Source of the DNA: an uncultured Verrucomicrobiae bacterium
Lineage (GTDB): Bacteria; Verrucomicrobiota; Verrucomicrobiia; Chthoniobacterales; Chthoniobacteraceae
Assembly (NCBI GenBank): GCA_963828525.1
Contig: CAWHEP010000011.1
Coordinates: 32,001 to 96,000 of the forward strand
DNA: 64,000 bases
Direction: 5' to 3'
Made by a program: the position numbers and the translations under genes. Shown one piece after another: positions 49,493 to 61,202 of this stretch. The notes under the pieces are model-generated. The model saw only the letters and a program-made list of their open reading frames with translations, had not been told where the DNA came from and did not search any database. Position 1 is the stretch's first letter, and each line of letters starts with the position of its first letter.

Positions 49493-50983
49493 ATGAAAAA
49501 GCTGACATTCTTTTCGCTCGCCACGTGTTGGATTATTCTGGTTGTTGCCGCGATGGCGGATCCAGCTCCTCCTGAGCCGCCCCCGTTCCAAATGCCAAAG
49601 CCGCCTCCGGCTCAGGTCTCGTCCGCGGAGGGGACACTCCCGCTTCCTCCGCTGCCGGTTGCGTTCCAGAAAAGGCAGGAGCGAAAGAATCCTCCCGTCC
49701 CTCCTGTTCTCCTCACGAAGATCAGAAGCAATGACGCCGAGGACTGGGCCCGCACTCCGGATGACCTGAAGGGCCTCCTCCAGTGGATGAGCGCGGAGAT
49801 GAATGTCCACTTCACCGCGAACATCAAAAGCTTATCGGAGGTGCCTGAGGATGCGAAGAACACGCCCCTACTGTACCGTTCGGGCTATAAGCCGTTCGAT
49901 TTGACGCAAGCCGAGACGCAAAAGCTGCGCGTCTACCTGTTAAATGGCGGGACGATCATCTTCAACGCCCTGGTGGGGAATCCGGACTCCTACCAATCGG
50001 CGTTGAAAGCGGCCCACGCCATCTTCCCAGACCGCCCTTCGTACCGGTTGCGGATGGATCACCCGGTTTTTAACTCGTTTTATTCGATCACGAAGATCAA
50101 GTATCGCGACCGGATGGTGAAGGACGGTGTCGCGAAGGATCCGCTCCCCTGGCTGGAAGGGGTCGATATCGATAATCGCACGGCAATCTTCATCTCGCGG
50201 TGGGATTTCTCCCTGGGATGGGAACAAAACAAAGTCGATAGCTGGGGATACATGGATGACGACGCCCGGAAGATCGGCGCGAACATAGTCAGCTACGTTA
50301 CGGCCATGAGGGATGCCGGCAAAAGCATTGGCAAGAGCGTCGAGCTGGTGAATGCCGACCAGAAGACGGCGGATAAAGTGCGCGTAGGGCAAGTGATCCA
50401 TGGCGGCCCCTGGAAGCCTCGCACAGCGGCCTTCCCGATGTTGCTGAATCAGTTTCATCTGGTGACGGGCACGCCCGTCTCATTCGAATTGAAAGATGTC
50501 AGCCTCACGGACCCGGCAATTTTCGAGATGCCGCTCCTCTATTTCACGGGCACCACGGATTTCGTCCTGACGGATGAAGAACGGGCGAATTTGCGGCAGT
50601 TTCTCCTGAAGGGCGGCGTCCTCTTTGCCGAAGCCGGGGAGGGGAGAGTATCCTTCGACGCGGCTTTCCGCGCCGAGATGGCAAAGGTGATGCCCGAACA
50701 GCAACTGGCAATGCTGCCCCCGGGCCATGCTCTGTTCCGCCGTCCAGCAGCCATCAACGTTGTAAAGGCGCGGCCCGCCCTGGCGGCGAAGAGCAATAAC
50801 CAGACAGATGTCGCCCCCGAGATGTACGGCATGGATGTGAACGGCTCGCTTGGGGTGATCTACAGCCCTCATGATCTCAGCACCGGGTGGGAGCGCGCCA
50901 TTGCTCCTTACGCTCTCGGCTATGAGGCTCCGGACGCGACGGCGCTTGGCATCGGCGCGCTGTTCTATGCGGTTACTCATTAG
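49493..50983 (+). CDS. Exported protein with tandem DUF4159 domains
   Basis: Signal peptide; two units: PLLYRSG...LRVYLLNGGTI and PLLYFTG...ERANLRQFLLKGGVL; YSPHDLSTGW. Confidence 0.88.
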   Translation: MKKLTFFSLATCWIILVVAAMADPAPPEPPPFQMPKPPPAQVSSAEGTLPLPPLPVAFQKRQERKNPPVPPVLLTKIRSNDAEDWARTPDDLKGLLQWMSAEMNVHFTANIKSLSEVPEDAKNTPLLYRSGYKPFDLTQAETQKLRVYLLNGGTIIFNALVGNPDSYQSALKAAHAIFPDRPSYRLRMDHPVFNSFYSITKIKYRDRMVKDGVAKDPLPWLEGVDIDNRTAIFISRWDFSLGWEQNKVDSWGYMDDDARKIGANIVSYVTAMRDAGKSIGKSVELVNADQKTADKVRVGQVIHGGPWKPRTAAFPMLLNQFHLVTGTPVSFELKDVSLTDPAIFEMPLLYFTGTTDFVLTDEERANLRQFLLKGGVLFAEAGEGRVSFDAAFRAEMAKVMPEQQLAMLPPGHALFRRPAAINVVKARPALAAKSNNQTDVAPEMYGMDVNGSLGVIYSPHDLSTGWERAIAPYALGYEAPDATALGIGALFYAVTH

Positions 50984-51716
50984 CGCGTGCGCGCTAATGG
51001 CCGCGGTGTGCAACGGCGCGCCAACTGATGTATGGCCGGTTCGCATCCCGACTGACGCGGCTTCCCTGTCGCGTCACATAGCCAGCCTCGGAGCTTCCGC
51101 GGAGGCGCTGCCGTCCGAGCTTGCCCCAGCGGTTGAGTTTGAAAAAGTGTTCCTGCAAATTCTCGCGGGAGCCCCCCAGCCGGAGTGGCTGCCACGAATG
51201 CAAGCTTTCGCGGCGCGGTCGCAAACGGATCCGATCACGCAGGGTCTTCGCGAGTTGTCGAAGGCCTGGCTGGCGCGAGTGGAGATGCTGGTTCTGGATG
51301 ACGCGCTCAAATCCTACTACGCGGAAAACGTATGTTTCCCGGAGCAGTTGTCCGCTCTGGGGAACAACCTGCCGGAGATACTGCGTCTGGATCCGTGGGG
51401 CGAACAGTGGGCCTACCGCGCCCGGGCGGCGGCAGGGTTTTCCAGCGTCCCGGCGCAGCGTTACCAGATCGGACCTCACCGCTACCCCGAGCTTGGCACT
51501 CTCCGCGAGGCAATCACGAAAAGAAAACCGCCGGCCACCGGGTGGAAAATCAGCCCTCGGAAAGTCGGCGAGAGCGCGGCGCTTGAGTTTAGATCGAGCA
51601 GCGGCACGGCTCTGATCCAGTCCGGTGGGAAGATAGACCAGTGCGCGCTTCTGTTTGCCGGCCCCGACTGGGCGCTGATGGCCGGCGCGGATCAGTTGTT
51701 CGCGGTCATGTTCTGA
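50967..51716 (+). CDS. Exported protein with GspG-like pseudopilin globular motif
   Basis: LDDALKSYYAENVCFPEQLSAL...LDPWGEQWAY; no prepilin GFTLIE motif. Confidence 0.65.
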   Translation: MRLLISACALMAAVCNGAPTDVWPVRIPTDAASLSRHIASLGASAEALPSELAPAVEFEKVFLQILAGAPQPEWLPRMQAFAARSQTDPITQGLRELSKAWLARVEMLVLDDALKSYYAENVCFPEQLSALGNNLPEILRLDPWGEQWAYRARAAAGFSSVPAQRYQIGPHRYPELGTLREAITKRKPPATGWKISPRKVGESAALEFRSSSGTALIQSGGKIDQCALLFAGPDWALMAGADQLFAVMF

Positions 51717-51719
51717 CGC

Positions 51720-52613
51720 ATGGCCAGCATAACGGATTTCCTGACGCCAGAGTCGATGAGGAAGCTCGAGACTCTCGTGGTGCGGTCTCGCTATGTTGTG
51801 GAGGGGTTCCGCGCCGGGATGCACGCAAGCCCGCTGAAAGGGGCGAGCGTTGAGTTTGCCGATCATCGCCAATATGTCAAAGGCGACAACCTTCGGAATA
51901 TCGACTGGAAAGTATATGGGCGCACGGAGCGCCACTTCATAAAGCGGTATGAAGAGGAGACGAGCCTGCGGACGCAGATCATCATCGATGCCTCGGCGTC
52001 CATGGGCTACGCGTCGGAGGGCAATCCCAGCAAATACGTGTATGCCTGCCGAGTCGCGGCCGCGCTGGCCTACATCATCACCAAGCAGCAGGATGCCGTT
52101 GGTCTGACCCTTTTTGATAACAAGATTCGGGAGCAAGTGCCCTCCCGCAGCGGTTCAAGGCATTTGAGACTTATTGTGGATCGGCTGGCCGCGCATTCTG
52201 CCAGTGAAACGACGAATACAGGAGAGGCCCTTCACGCATTGGCCGAAATGATCTCAAGGCGCGGCCTGATCGTTCTTCTGACGGATTTGTTCGATGACGT
52301 GGAAGCTGTTTTCCGAGCCATCGCGCACTTCCGCAAAAAGATGCATGATGTGATCCTGATACAGATTCTCGATCCAACCGAACTGGACCTCTCCATGAAC
52401 CGCATTGCTGAGTTCATAGACATGGAGACCGGTGAGAAACTCGAACTCGATCCCACGCTGGCGCGCGCGGCCTACAAAGAAGAATTGCAGAAGGACATCG
52501 ACCTCTCGCGCGAAAGGTGCGCCGTGATGAACGTGGACTTCCGCCTCATCTCGACCTCCCAAGGCTACGATGACTTTGTGCAGCAGTACCTCGCCGAGCG
52601 CCGGCGCATGTAA
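51720..52613 (+). CDS. DUF58 domain protein (MoxR-associated)
   Basis: GMHAS..KGASVEFADHRQYVKGDNLRNIDWKVY, IDASASM, LTDLFD. Confidence 0.95.
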   Translation: MASITDFLTPESMRKLETLVVRSRYVVEGFRAGMHASPLKGASVEFADHRQYVKGDNLRNIDWKVYGRTERHFIKRYEEETSLRTQIIIDASASMGYASEGNPSKYVYACRVAAALAYIITKQQDAVGLTLFDNKIREQVPSRSGSRHLRLIVDRLAAHSASETTNTGEALHALAEMISRRGLIVLLTDLFDDVEAVFRAIAHFRKKMHDVILIQILDPTELDLSMNRIAEFIDMETGEKLELDPTLARAAYKEELQKDIDLSRERCAVMNVDFRLISTSQGYDDFVQQYLAERRRM

Positions 52614-52619
52614 GGACGG

Positions 52620-54783
52620 ATGCAGTTTCTCTCCCCCTGGATGCTCGCCGGTTTCGCCGCGCTTGCGGCTCCCATTGTCATCCATCTCTGGCAGCGGCGG
52701 CGCGTTGTGGAAGTGCGCTTCAGCACTCTGAAGTATTTGCGGCGGGTCGCGGCTCGCACGAGCCGCAGCGCCAAGCTGGAGAATCTACTCCTCCTGTTGC
52801 TTCGGTGTCTCGTATTCGGCCTTTTGGTGTTTGCCGCCTCCCGCCCGGTGGTGTCGAGCCGCTCCATGAAGCTGCTCGGCGGAAACGCGCCAAGGACCGC
52901 GGTCCTGCTGATCGATAACTCGATGAGCATGGCTTACAAGGTGGGCGAAGAGACCCGGCTCGCGATGGCGAAACGTCAGGCCGCCGCCGTTATTGATGAT
53001 CTCAAACCGGGCGACGAGGCGGACCGTCTTTACTGTCAACGATCATGCAATGCCCGTGGTGGAACAGCCTACGCTGGATCACAGCGTCGCCCGGCGCGGC
53101 GTTGAAAGTATAACCCAGTCGGAGCAGGCAACGGATTTTTCGAGCGCCCTGGTCGCCGCGCGCCGGATCCTGACGGCGAGCACGAAGCCCATACGCGAGG
53201 TTTATCTCTTCACAGATAACCAGCAGGAAGGGTGGCATTTCGATCCCTCGGCGGTATTCGGAGAAGAGTGGAAGAAAAGGGAAATCCAGTTGGTGGTGAT
53301 TCGCCCCGACGAGACGCAAGCCGTCAACGCGGCGGTCCTCAATGCCCGGCTGACGTCGCCGCTGGTGACTGAAAGCTCTCGCGTGAACGGCGTCGCCTCT
53401 GTCGCCAATTGCTCTGCCGCTCCACTTCATGACGTCCTCGAGATCAAGCTGGGAGACGCGACGGTGGCGAATCTGCCGGTGGAAGCGGGCGCGGGGGCGA
53501 CCGTGGACGTGGGGTTTGAATTCCAGATGCCGTCCGTGGTTAACGGACATTGCGCGCGGGCCATCGCGAAGTTGCAGGGGGACAAGCTGCCGTTGGATGA
53601 TCAGTTCTACTTCACCGTTCCCATCTATCAGGCTCCGCACGTGATGATTTTCGAAGGTCAATCCGCGGGCCAGGAGCGTTTTCGTTCCGGCTACTTCTTG
53701 CAACGGGCCCTCGAGGCGGGATCAAATTACTCGCCCCCAACTCTCCCGGCGGGAGATATCGAGGACGCAGCCGTCAATCAGTATTCCGCCATCTTCCTCG
53801 CGGACGTAGCGTCCCTTAGCGATCGCGCAATCGTGAAACTCGACGCGTACAGCAAGTCGGGAGGCACAGTTGTGTTCCTGCCGGGCGACAGGGCGGATCT
53901 CGCGGCTCTTGCGCGCATCCCCTTTCTGCCGGGGACGCCGCTTCGCGAACGCGATCTGCCAGCGGGACGGCTTTCGTCGCGCATCATGGATCCCGGCAAC
54001 CCGGTGTTTGCAAATACATGGAATCAGGCGAGTCCATTCCCTCCGCTGCCGCAACGCAGGTTGATCGAATGGAAGGTAAAGCCCAACGCGCAAGTGCTGG
54101 TGACGGTCGCCGACACTGAAGCTTTCGTTCTTTCGGCGGATAATGGGGCGGGCAAAGTACTCATCATCAACGCTTCACCGGATCGCGCGTGGGGTGATTT
54201 TCCTTTGTCGCCCGCCTTTCTGCCGCTCATCCAGCAGATTGCTCTTCTTTCATCTGAGCATGGAAGGTTGGAGCACGGTTTCAGGGTGGGACAGCCCGTG
54301 CCGGCCGGCCCTGCGTTGCCACGCGATCAACCCCTTGTCATCACAATGCCGGACGGTTCGGCGCGCCAGGTCTTGCTTGGGGAAAAGCCTCTCCTGCTCG
54401 ATTCCGTCAAGCAGGCGGGCTTTTACCAGGTCTCCAGCCCGAGCGTTCCCAACCTTTTAACGTTCGAGGTGAATGTGGAAGGCAAAGAGTCCGACCTGCG
54501 GCCAATTTCCGGGGAGGCGCTTGCCATGATAGTTCCGCACGAAAGCGTTGCCGGCTTGGACGCCCTGAAAATCTGGCTCGCGCAGAGCCGCGGCATGCGA
54601 CCGCTCTGGCCGCTGCTCGTCGTTTTACTCGCTTTGGCGTTTGCGGCTGAATCCGCGTTTTCCAACCTCGCGGCCCGCAACCGCTCCCAGGGAGGCGATA
54701 CCCGGATCAAGACAGGCAGGCTGAACAAACGCCGGAGCGGAAATCCATTCCGCCCGGCCGCTGAGGCGGAGGCCGGCGCGTGA
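52620..54783 (+). CDS. BatA-domain / vWA membrane protein (frameshift near 53025)
   Basis: MQFLSPWMLAG..APIVIHL, LLLLLRCL..ASRP, MIDAS DNSMSM, FTD, WGDFPLSPAFLPL, ESDL, LWP...E. Confidence 0.9.
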
Positions 54784-56966
54784 ACGATCTTTCGTTCCAT
54801 CCTGTTTTACCTTGGCCGGCACTTTTTGCCGTTCTTCTGATCGCTGCAATACTGACTTTCTGGACGCTCATCACCGGGTTTCGTTCCCTCGCAAGAGTCG
54901 CGGTTTTAGGCGGGTTGCGATTGCTAGCGCTTGGCGTTGTCGCTTTCGTGATGCTTCAGCCTCAGTTGCAGCGTCACGACGTCACAATCCTCCGGCCCCA
55001 GATCGCGGTGCTAGTGGATAATTCTCTCAGCATGACGGACCCGGTGGATCCCTCTCAACCGCTCAGAGCCGCGCGCGCGGAGGAGTTTCTTGGATCTCCC
55101 GCTCTGGCGGCCGCGCGCAAGGATTTCGATGTACGAGTGTTCACCCTGGATCAAGCCGAACTGACGGGCGCAACGCAACGAGTGACCTCCACGCTAAATA
55201 CTTCAAACATTCTTACAGCCATCGGGGAGGCGCAGGATCATTTCCGTGGACAGCCCCTTGCCGCGGTGCTGCTGCTTTCCGACGGACTGGATACCAGCGG
55301 AGAAGAGAAGGCGGCTAGCATTGCTTATTCGGCGCCCGTTTACACCTTTGAACTTGAGAAGCCGTTTGTTCCAAAGAAGCGCCAACAGCGGCTTTCCATC
55401 GCAAACGCCGACTTCCCGCCCCGGGTGGTAACGGGGTGGCGAAGTGATCTGCGAATCGGAGTCGCGGGGATAGGGATGAGCGGGCAGTCCGTGCCCGTCG
55501 AACTTTGGAGAAACGGGAAGAAGGTCGGAGAAGCGAGCACCTCTTTCAACGAGGAGGAGCAGACGCGGCAATTGACTTTCCAGGTGTTGCACGAGGCTCC
55601 CGGTATCGAGCAGTACGAGGCGCGGGTTCGGGACGCGGCGGCGGACAAGGAGGCAAGGGCGTATCCGTTTTCCATTGAGGTGCTCGAACCCGGCAAGAGG
55701 GTGCTCTACATCCAGAACAAGCTCGGGTTTGACCTCAAGTTCCTGCGCAAAGCCATTGTTTCAAATCGCAACCTGCAGTTGAGCGCATTCGTGCGGTGGG
55801 TGGATGGCAGGATGGTCAGCCTGGATGACCGGGCGGATCAGCCGGCGCTTGATCTTTCAGCCAAGGCTCTCATGAGCAACTCCGTCATTATCCTTGGCGA
55901 CCTCGCGCCTGACGCCCTGTCCCCGGAAAGCTGGAGCAACATTCGGCAATTCGTGGATCACGGGGGCGGCCTGGTTCTCCTGGGAGGCACAAAGTCTTTC
56001 CCGGATGCCGGGTATGGCCGTGATCTTGGCCAGATGCTCCCCGTCAAAGTCCCCGCGCAATACAGGGAAGGAAGCTTCTCCATCCGGCTGACGCAGACCG
56101 GCTTGCACCACCCCGTGTTTGGGCCGCTCTTTGCCGAGGTGAGCGATTTTCCGCCGCTCATCTCTTTGAACGCGACCGATGAGGTCGCGCCCACCGCGGA
56201 GGTGCTGATGGAGGCAGTCGCGGATGGAAAGTCACAGCCGCTGGTTGCCGCCCTCCGGTCGGGGCAGGGGAGGGTCGTCTGCGTAATGACCGATTCCGTG
56301 TGGCGCTGGCGCCTTGGCGCAAAAGCCTGGCGGGCGGATAAGTCTCCCTACGACACCTTTTGGGCCCAGTTGATGGACTGGCTGATTCCAAAGGAAGACC
56401 AGCAACAAGCTCCCAACTCAATGGAACTCTTCACCGAGCGCTCTTCCTACATTCTTGGAGAAAAGCCGGAGATCCGCGCGATCATCCATACGCTGAGCGG
56501 CAGGCAGCCGGGTATGCTCCAACTCACTGTCGGGACGCCGGATGAAAAGACGTTTGAGTATGCCATGCGCCCGGCTCTCCTGCAAAGCCGCGGGGGTAAA
56601 TCCACCGCGGGGTTTGTCGCCACCGTAGAACCCAATGTCGCGGGCATTTTCAAGGCGTCGGCGTCGTATGATCCTGGAAGCGGGAAAATTGGAGGCGAGA
56701 TGCGGTTTGTTGTCACGCGCCCCGCCACGGAAATTACGGGCAAGCCGATAAATCGTGATCTCCTCCACAAAGTGGCTGAGGCAAGCAAGGGCAGCTATCA
56801 AAAGCTAGGAGAGTGGGATCAATGGCGCGGGAAGCTGCATTTTGAGGAACAGCACTTCTCAAGACTGGAACTTATCGAACTCTGGAACTATCCTGTTGTT
56901 CTGGCGGCGTTGATGCTCCTCCTCACCGCTGACTGGATCACCAGAAAAGTGTGGCATCTCCCTTGA
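54780..56966 (+). CDS. vWA plus GATase1-like (DUF1355-type) membrane protein
   Basis: VDNSLSM, LLSDG, FVDHGGGLVLLGG, GRV...DSVWRW, FWAQLMDWL, C-terminal TM..DWITRK. Confidence 0.88.
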   Translation: MNDLSFHPVLPWPALFAVLLIAAILTFWTLITGFRSLARVAVLGGLRLLALGVVAFVMLQPQLQRHDVTILRPQIAVLVDNSLSMTDPVDPSQPLRAARAEEFLGSPALAAARKDFDVRVFTLDQAELTGATQRVTSTLNTSNILTAIGEAQDHFRGQPLAAVLLLSDGLDTSGEEKAASIAYSAPVYTFELEKPFVPKKRQQRLSIANADFPPRVVTGWRSDLRIGVAGIGMSGQSVPVELWRNGKKVGEASTSFNEEEQTRQLTFQVLHEAPGIEQYEARVRDAAADKEARAYPFSIEVLEPGKRVLYIQNKLGFDLKFLRKAIVSNRNLQLSAFVRWVDGRMVSLDDRADQPALDLSAKALMSNSVIILGDLAPDALSPESWSNIRQFVDHGGGLVLLGGTKSFPDAGYGRDLGQMLPVKVPAQYREGSFSIRLTQTGLHHPVFGPLFAEVSDFPPLISLNATDEVAPTAEVLMEAVADGKSQPLVAALRSGQGRVVCVMTDSVWRWRLGAKAWRADKSPYDTFWAQLMDWLIPKEDQQQAPNSMELFTERSSYILGEKPEIRAIIHTLSGRQPGMLQLTVGTPDEKTFEYAMRPALLQSRGGKSTAGFVATVEPNVAGIFKASASYDPGSGKIGGEMRFVVTRPATEITGKPINRDLLHKVAEASKGSYQKLGEWDQWRGKLHFEEQHFSRLELIELWNYPVVLAALMLLLTADWITRKVWHLP

Positions 56967-57607
56967 ACAAATTACTCGCCGGTCTTGGTTTAATCTTGCT
57001 CGCTGGCTCAGCCTGCCGGGCTCAGACGAATCTGATCCCGAACCCCGATTTTTCAGACAAGGCTGAACCCTTGAAAGGCTGGCGGACTGACTTTCCCTAC
57101 GAGGAGTATTACGTGGACAACGTCAAATACGTGAAGGTGACCGACGAGAAGGGGGGAGCACAGTCCGGCAAGTCTGTGGTGCTCGATCTGCCAAACGGTG
57201 TGGCGAGCGGTCAAGGCGGGAAGATCGAAACCGCTTTTGTAAAAATCGAGCCGGGCGCCACCTATCGCGCGGAGATTGACTGCATGACATTCGACTATAT
57301 GGCGAAACTGTTCGCCGAGGTTTACGCGCTGGATCCCATCCCGATCCATAAGCCGGACAAGTTCCGCGTCCCTGCCTGGAATGGCATGCCCGCTTTAGTC
57401 ACCGTTTTTCGGGCGGACTTTTCCGATCCGCCGCCCAACTCCAAAAAGTGGACGACGTGCAAGCGGGAGTTCAAGGTTCCACAGAAGGTGTTGGTGCTTA
57501 AACGGCCCGAGGAGCCGCAGTATTGCGCGCTGAAGGTCGTTGTTTATGGGTTTGCCCCCACCGGCAAATCCTACTTCACAAACTTCCGGCTGGTTAAGAT
57601 CAACTAA
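56963..57607 (+). CDS. Exported protein with carbohydrate-binding (CBM4/9-like) jelly-roll
   Basis: Signal peptide, NLIPNPDFS...GW, KIEPGATY, YFTNFRL. Confidence 0.6.
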   Translation: MNKLLAGLGLILLAGSACRAQTNLIPNPDFSDKAEPLKGWRTDFPYEEYYVDNVKYVKVTDEKGGAQSGKSVVLDLPNGVASGQGGKIETAFVKIEPGATYRAEIDCMTFDYMAKLFAEVYALDPIPIHKPDKFRVPAWNGMPALVTVFRADFSDPPPNSKKWTTCKREFKVPQKVLVLKRPEEPQYCALKVVVYGFAPTGKSYFTNFRLVKIN

Positions 57608-57612
57608 ATCGG

Positions 57613-60600
57613 ATGCCCCTTTCACCGCAAACCGTTCACACGCGGCTCCGCGAAGCGGGAAAAGCATTTCGATGGTCTTGCGCCGGGCGCTTTCTCATAT
57701 CGGGTGTCGCCGTTTCGCTCTTCTTCCTTGTAGCCTTCCTGCTATGCGACGCGCGGTTTCATCTCGGGCCGTCCCTGCGCTGGACTGGCTTTTTTCTGAC
57801 TGTGGTCCCGCTCCTGTCTGGCATTGCGCGAGGTCTTCCGGCGTGGTTCCGACCCATCCCGGAACTCGCGATTGCGCGGCGCATCGAAGTCGCCTGTCCG
57901 GGCTCAGGTAACGCGCTGATAAATGCTGTGCAGTTCGATCTCGAACTCGCGCGCGGGTCCGCATTGCGCGCCGCCGTTTTTGCTGAGATGAACGATCCGT
58001 TTCCACGGGTTGATTGGACGGAAGTATTCGATCTCGCGCTATTGAAGAGACTGGGGATGGCGCTTGGAGGAGTCGCGCTCATTCTCGTGCTGTGGGCTTT
58101 TATAAGGCCGACCTATTTTCTAAATTCCGCGCAGCGCATTTTTCTGCCGGGTAGCAATATAGCGCCGCTCACCCGGACCAAGCTGGTGGATCTTTTTCCT
58201 GGCACAACAAGCGTTGTGCATGGGGGAGACCTGGAACTTACCGCGCGTTTCGGCGGAGAAATCCCGCGGACGGCGTGGGTTTGCTTCCGTGAGTCCGGAT
58301 CCACCTGGCAGCGTGAGTTGATGAGCCGCCAGGTCGGCGAGCCAGACTTCAGCTATCACTGGAAAGACGTGAGGCAGCCGTTCGTTTATTTTGTTGAAGC
58401 GGGTGATCTGCGGACAAGTGATTACGCAGTCAGCGTTCGGCCACGAACTGCCTTGACTCGACGAGCGGCCATCATTGTTCCTCCCGCATATAGCCACCTG
58501 CCAGCGAAGAATGTGGAAGGGTTTACGGTCCTCGATGGAATATTGCCCGGGTCGAAAATTACTTTTGACCTTGCTTTCAACAACCCCGTTACATCGATCT
58601 CCGCGGTAGACGAGAAGAACGAACCTGTGGAGGCAAAGAGAGTTGGCGATGCGCGATGGACGATGTCAGCCGCTGTGACTGCCAACCGAAGTCTGGCGCT
58701 TGCCTATCGCGATGCGGAGGGCGCGCTCAATACCGAAACCCTCGCGATCAACGTGAAGCAACAGGACGCTCCGAAGATCATCATTACAGAACCACAGGAG
58801 GGCAGGCAGTTGCTTGGATCGCCCGCTTCCTCTTTGGTCATTGATTTTAGCGCTTCGGATGAACTGAGCCTGGGCTCCGTGGGGCTTTATCACAGCACCG
58901 CGGATCGGCAGGACGCGGAGTTGGTTCAGAAATGGGATGCCGCGAGTGGAAGAGCCAGTTTCAATGCTCACGCCATCGTGCCTCTCTCAAAGTACGCCAA
59001 AGCTGGGGACGACCGGATCGCATTCTGTATTGTCGCGCGGGATCAAAATGACGTTACGGGCCCGGCAGTCACGATTTCGCGTCCGCTCACGGTCTCTCTG
59101 GAAGACCCGGGCAAAGTTCAGGAACGGGCGACCGACGCGGCCGCAAGGCTTGAACAGAATTTACGGGCCCTTGTGAAGCTTCAGAGGGAAAACCTGGAGG
59201 CGACGCGCGCGGTTGCTGGTGAGATCGGCGCGCCTGACAGCGTGATGAAGGACATAGTCGAGCGCCAAATCACGGTCGGTGACCTTGGGAGCGGGCTCGT
59301 CGCGGCGGCGGCTGGCATTGCCCCGGAAGTACGCGAGACGCTTCGGTCACTCTCGCAGATGGAGATGCCATCGGCGGTTCTGTCGCTGCGGAACGCGGCG
59401 GGAGCGCCCTCCGCCGGGCGCGCGCCTTTGCTGGGGGCCGCGATAAGATTCGAAGCCGCAATCCTGACACGCCTTGAAAGCGCTCCATCGCAAGCGGATG
59501 AAGACGCGAGAAAGAGCCAGGCGCAGGACATCATCGCCGGCGTCGCTGAACTGCTGAGCAAGGAGCGCGCGATCCTGCATGAAACACCCGCGGCCACCTC
59601 CCAGACGGCGGGCGCTCTTTCGGATCGGCAGGATAACCTCGCGAGCGACTCCGTAAAAGTCCGCAAAGATGTGGAGAGGGACTCGCAGACCTCGTCGATC
59701 GGTGATCCCGATTTTCGAGCCCGCCTGGCAAAAATCGGCGGGCTGTTTGGCGAATTCCGCATCTATGAGGAGATGCTTGGCGCTGCTGAGAACCTTGGCG
59801 ACAAACAATTCCCGCCAGCTGTTGCCCGGGAGACAAAGGTGGTGAATGGCCTCGAAAAAATGGTGAGTCTGCTAAACCAATGGCAGATCGCGAAGGCTGG
59901 CGAGAAAGCGGAGGAAATAAAGAAAGAGGCCGAGAAGATGAAGGCTCAGTTCGACAAGCTGGAGGTGATCCAGAGCGCCATCCTGGAAAAGAGCAAGGAG
60001 CTGGCGCGGAAGGATCAATTTAGCGCCGCGGACAAGTCCTCGGTCGACGAGATCGCGCAGTCAAAAGAGTTGATGGCGAAGGTGCTCGAACAGATGCTGA
60101 CGGACGCGCATGTCTTCCCGGACATGAACATCTCCAACGAGTTGCGGGACGAACTGGTGAAAATCATAGATGACGTGAAGCAGGAGGACCTGGAGCAAAT
60201 TGCAAAAAATGAGCTGAAGCCCTCCGAGGTCGCCGTGCAAAAAGAAGATGGAATTCTGAAGGCCATTGAGGCGACAAAGCGCATCCCCGAGGACATGGAA
60301 ATGTGGCTGGCAAATGTGTCGACCACGACAAAGTTCCTGCAGGAGAACTTGATAAGACGGAGATACCGAACCTGCCGAATTTGCCCCTGCCGGATCAGTT
60401 TACGGATCTCGTCGGCGAACTGCAGAAGGAGCAGCAGGATATTCACGACAAGGTGCAGGACGCGGCATCCAACCAGATCGCTCTTGCACAAGCGAACGGC
60501 AACCAGGTCGCAGACGGGCCGATCCCCGGTTACAGCGCGCAGGGGAAATCCGGCAATCAGCGGCCGCAGGACATGGAGCAGTCGGGACGCTCAAGCGGGG

Positions 60601-61202
60601 GGCGCGAGGGCGAAGCCAATGGCGAAATGGTCGGCAAAGTAGCGGATGACATGGAGGGCACGAAGCCGCATGCCCGGCGCACGAACGATCCGATGCAGTC
60701 GGGCAACGTCGAGGATCCCAGCGGAAAAGCGGCAGACGCGAAAGCGACAGGCGGAGGAAAAGCGAGCGGTTTCAGCCAGCGGGACGGAATGGATGGCGAC
60801 GCGCCTGTCCGTGGCTCGAACGCTCCGAGGCAGCTTACGAATGACGCGCTTGCCGTGCAGCAGGCACTCCTGGCCGCAAAGACATCCAAAAAAGCGGCTG
60901 CCGCGTCGCTGCTTTATCTCCATTCCGAGAAGCTCACTGAAGTTTCGCGCATGATGCAGGACTCGCAGACGGCTTTGAAAGAAGGTCGCGTCCGCGATTA
61001 CGAAGGTTTGCACAAAAGGATCATGGCACAACTTTCGGATGCGGGCGGCGAGATAGCCTCAGGGAAAGTCCTAAGTCTCAGCACCCCGGAGTCCGCGCGC
61101 GTCGAGGACAGCCAACGGCTTGGAAGCAGCGAAGGTGAGGCCCCCGCGGCGTATAAAGATCGCGTCGCCGACTACTACCGATCCATCACCCAGGGGAAAT
61201 GA
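57613..61202 (+). CDS. Large DUF4175-like membrane/coiled-coil protein (~1,195 aa; frameshift near 60350)
   Basis: Three N-terminal TMs, IARRIE...NALINAVQF, Ig-like strands, long coiled coil, Gly/Gln-rich tail, APAAYKDRVADYYRSI. Confidence 0.85.

Noticed and set aside
50994..52136. Long antisense ORFs (this 380-aa one; also 23147-24154 and 14480-15367)
   Set aside because: Shadow or alternate-frame ORFs expected in high-GC coding DNA; they overlap well-supported genes
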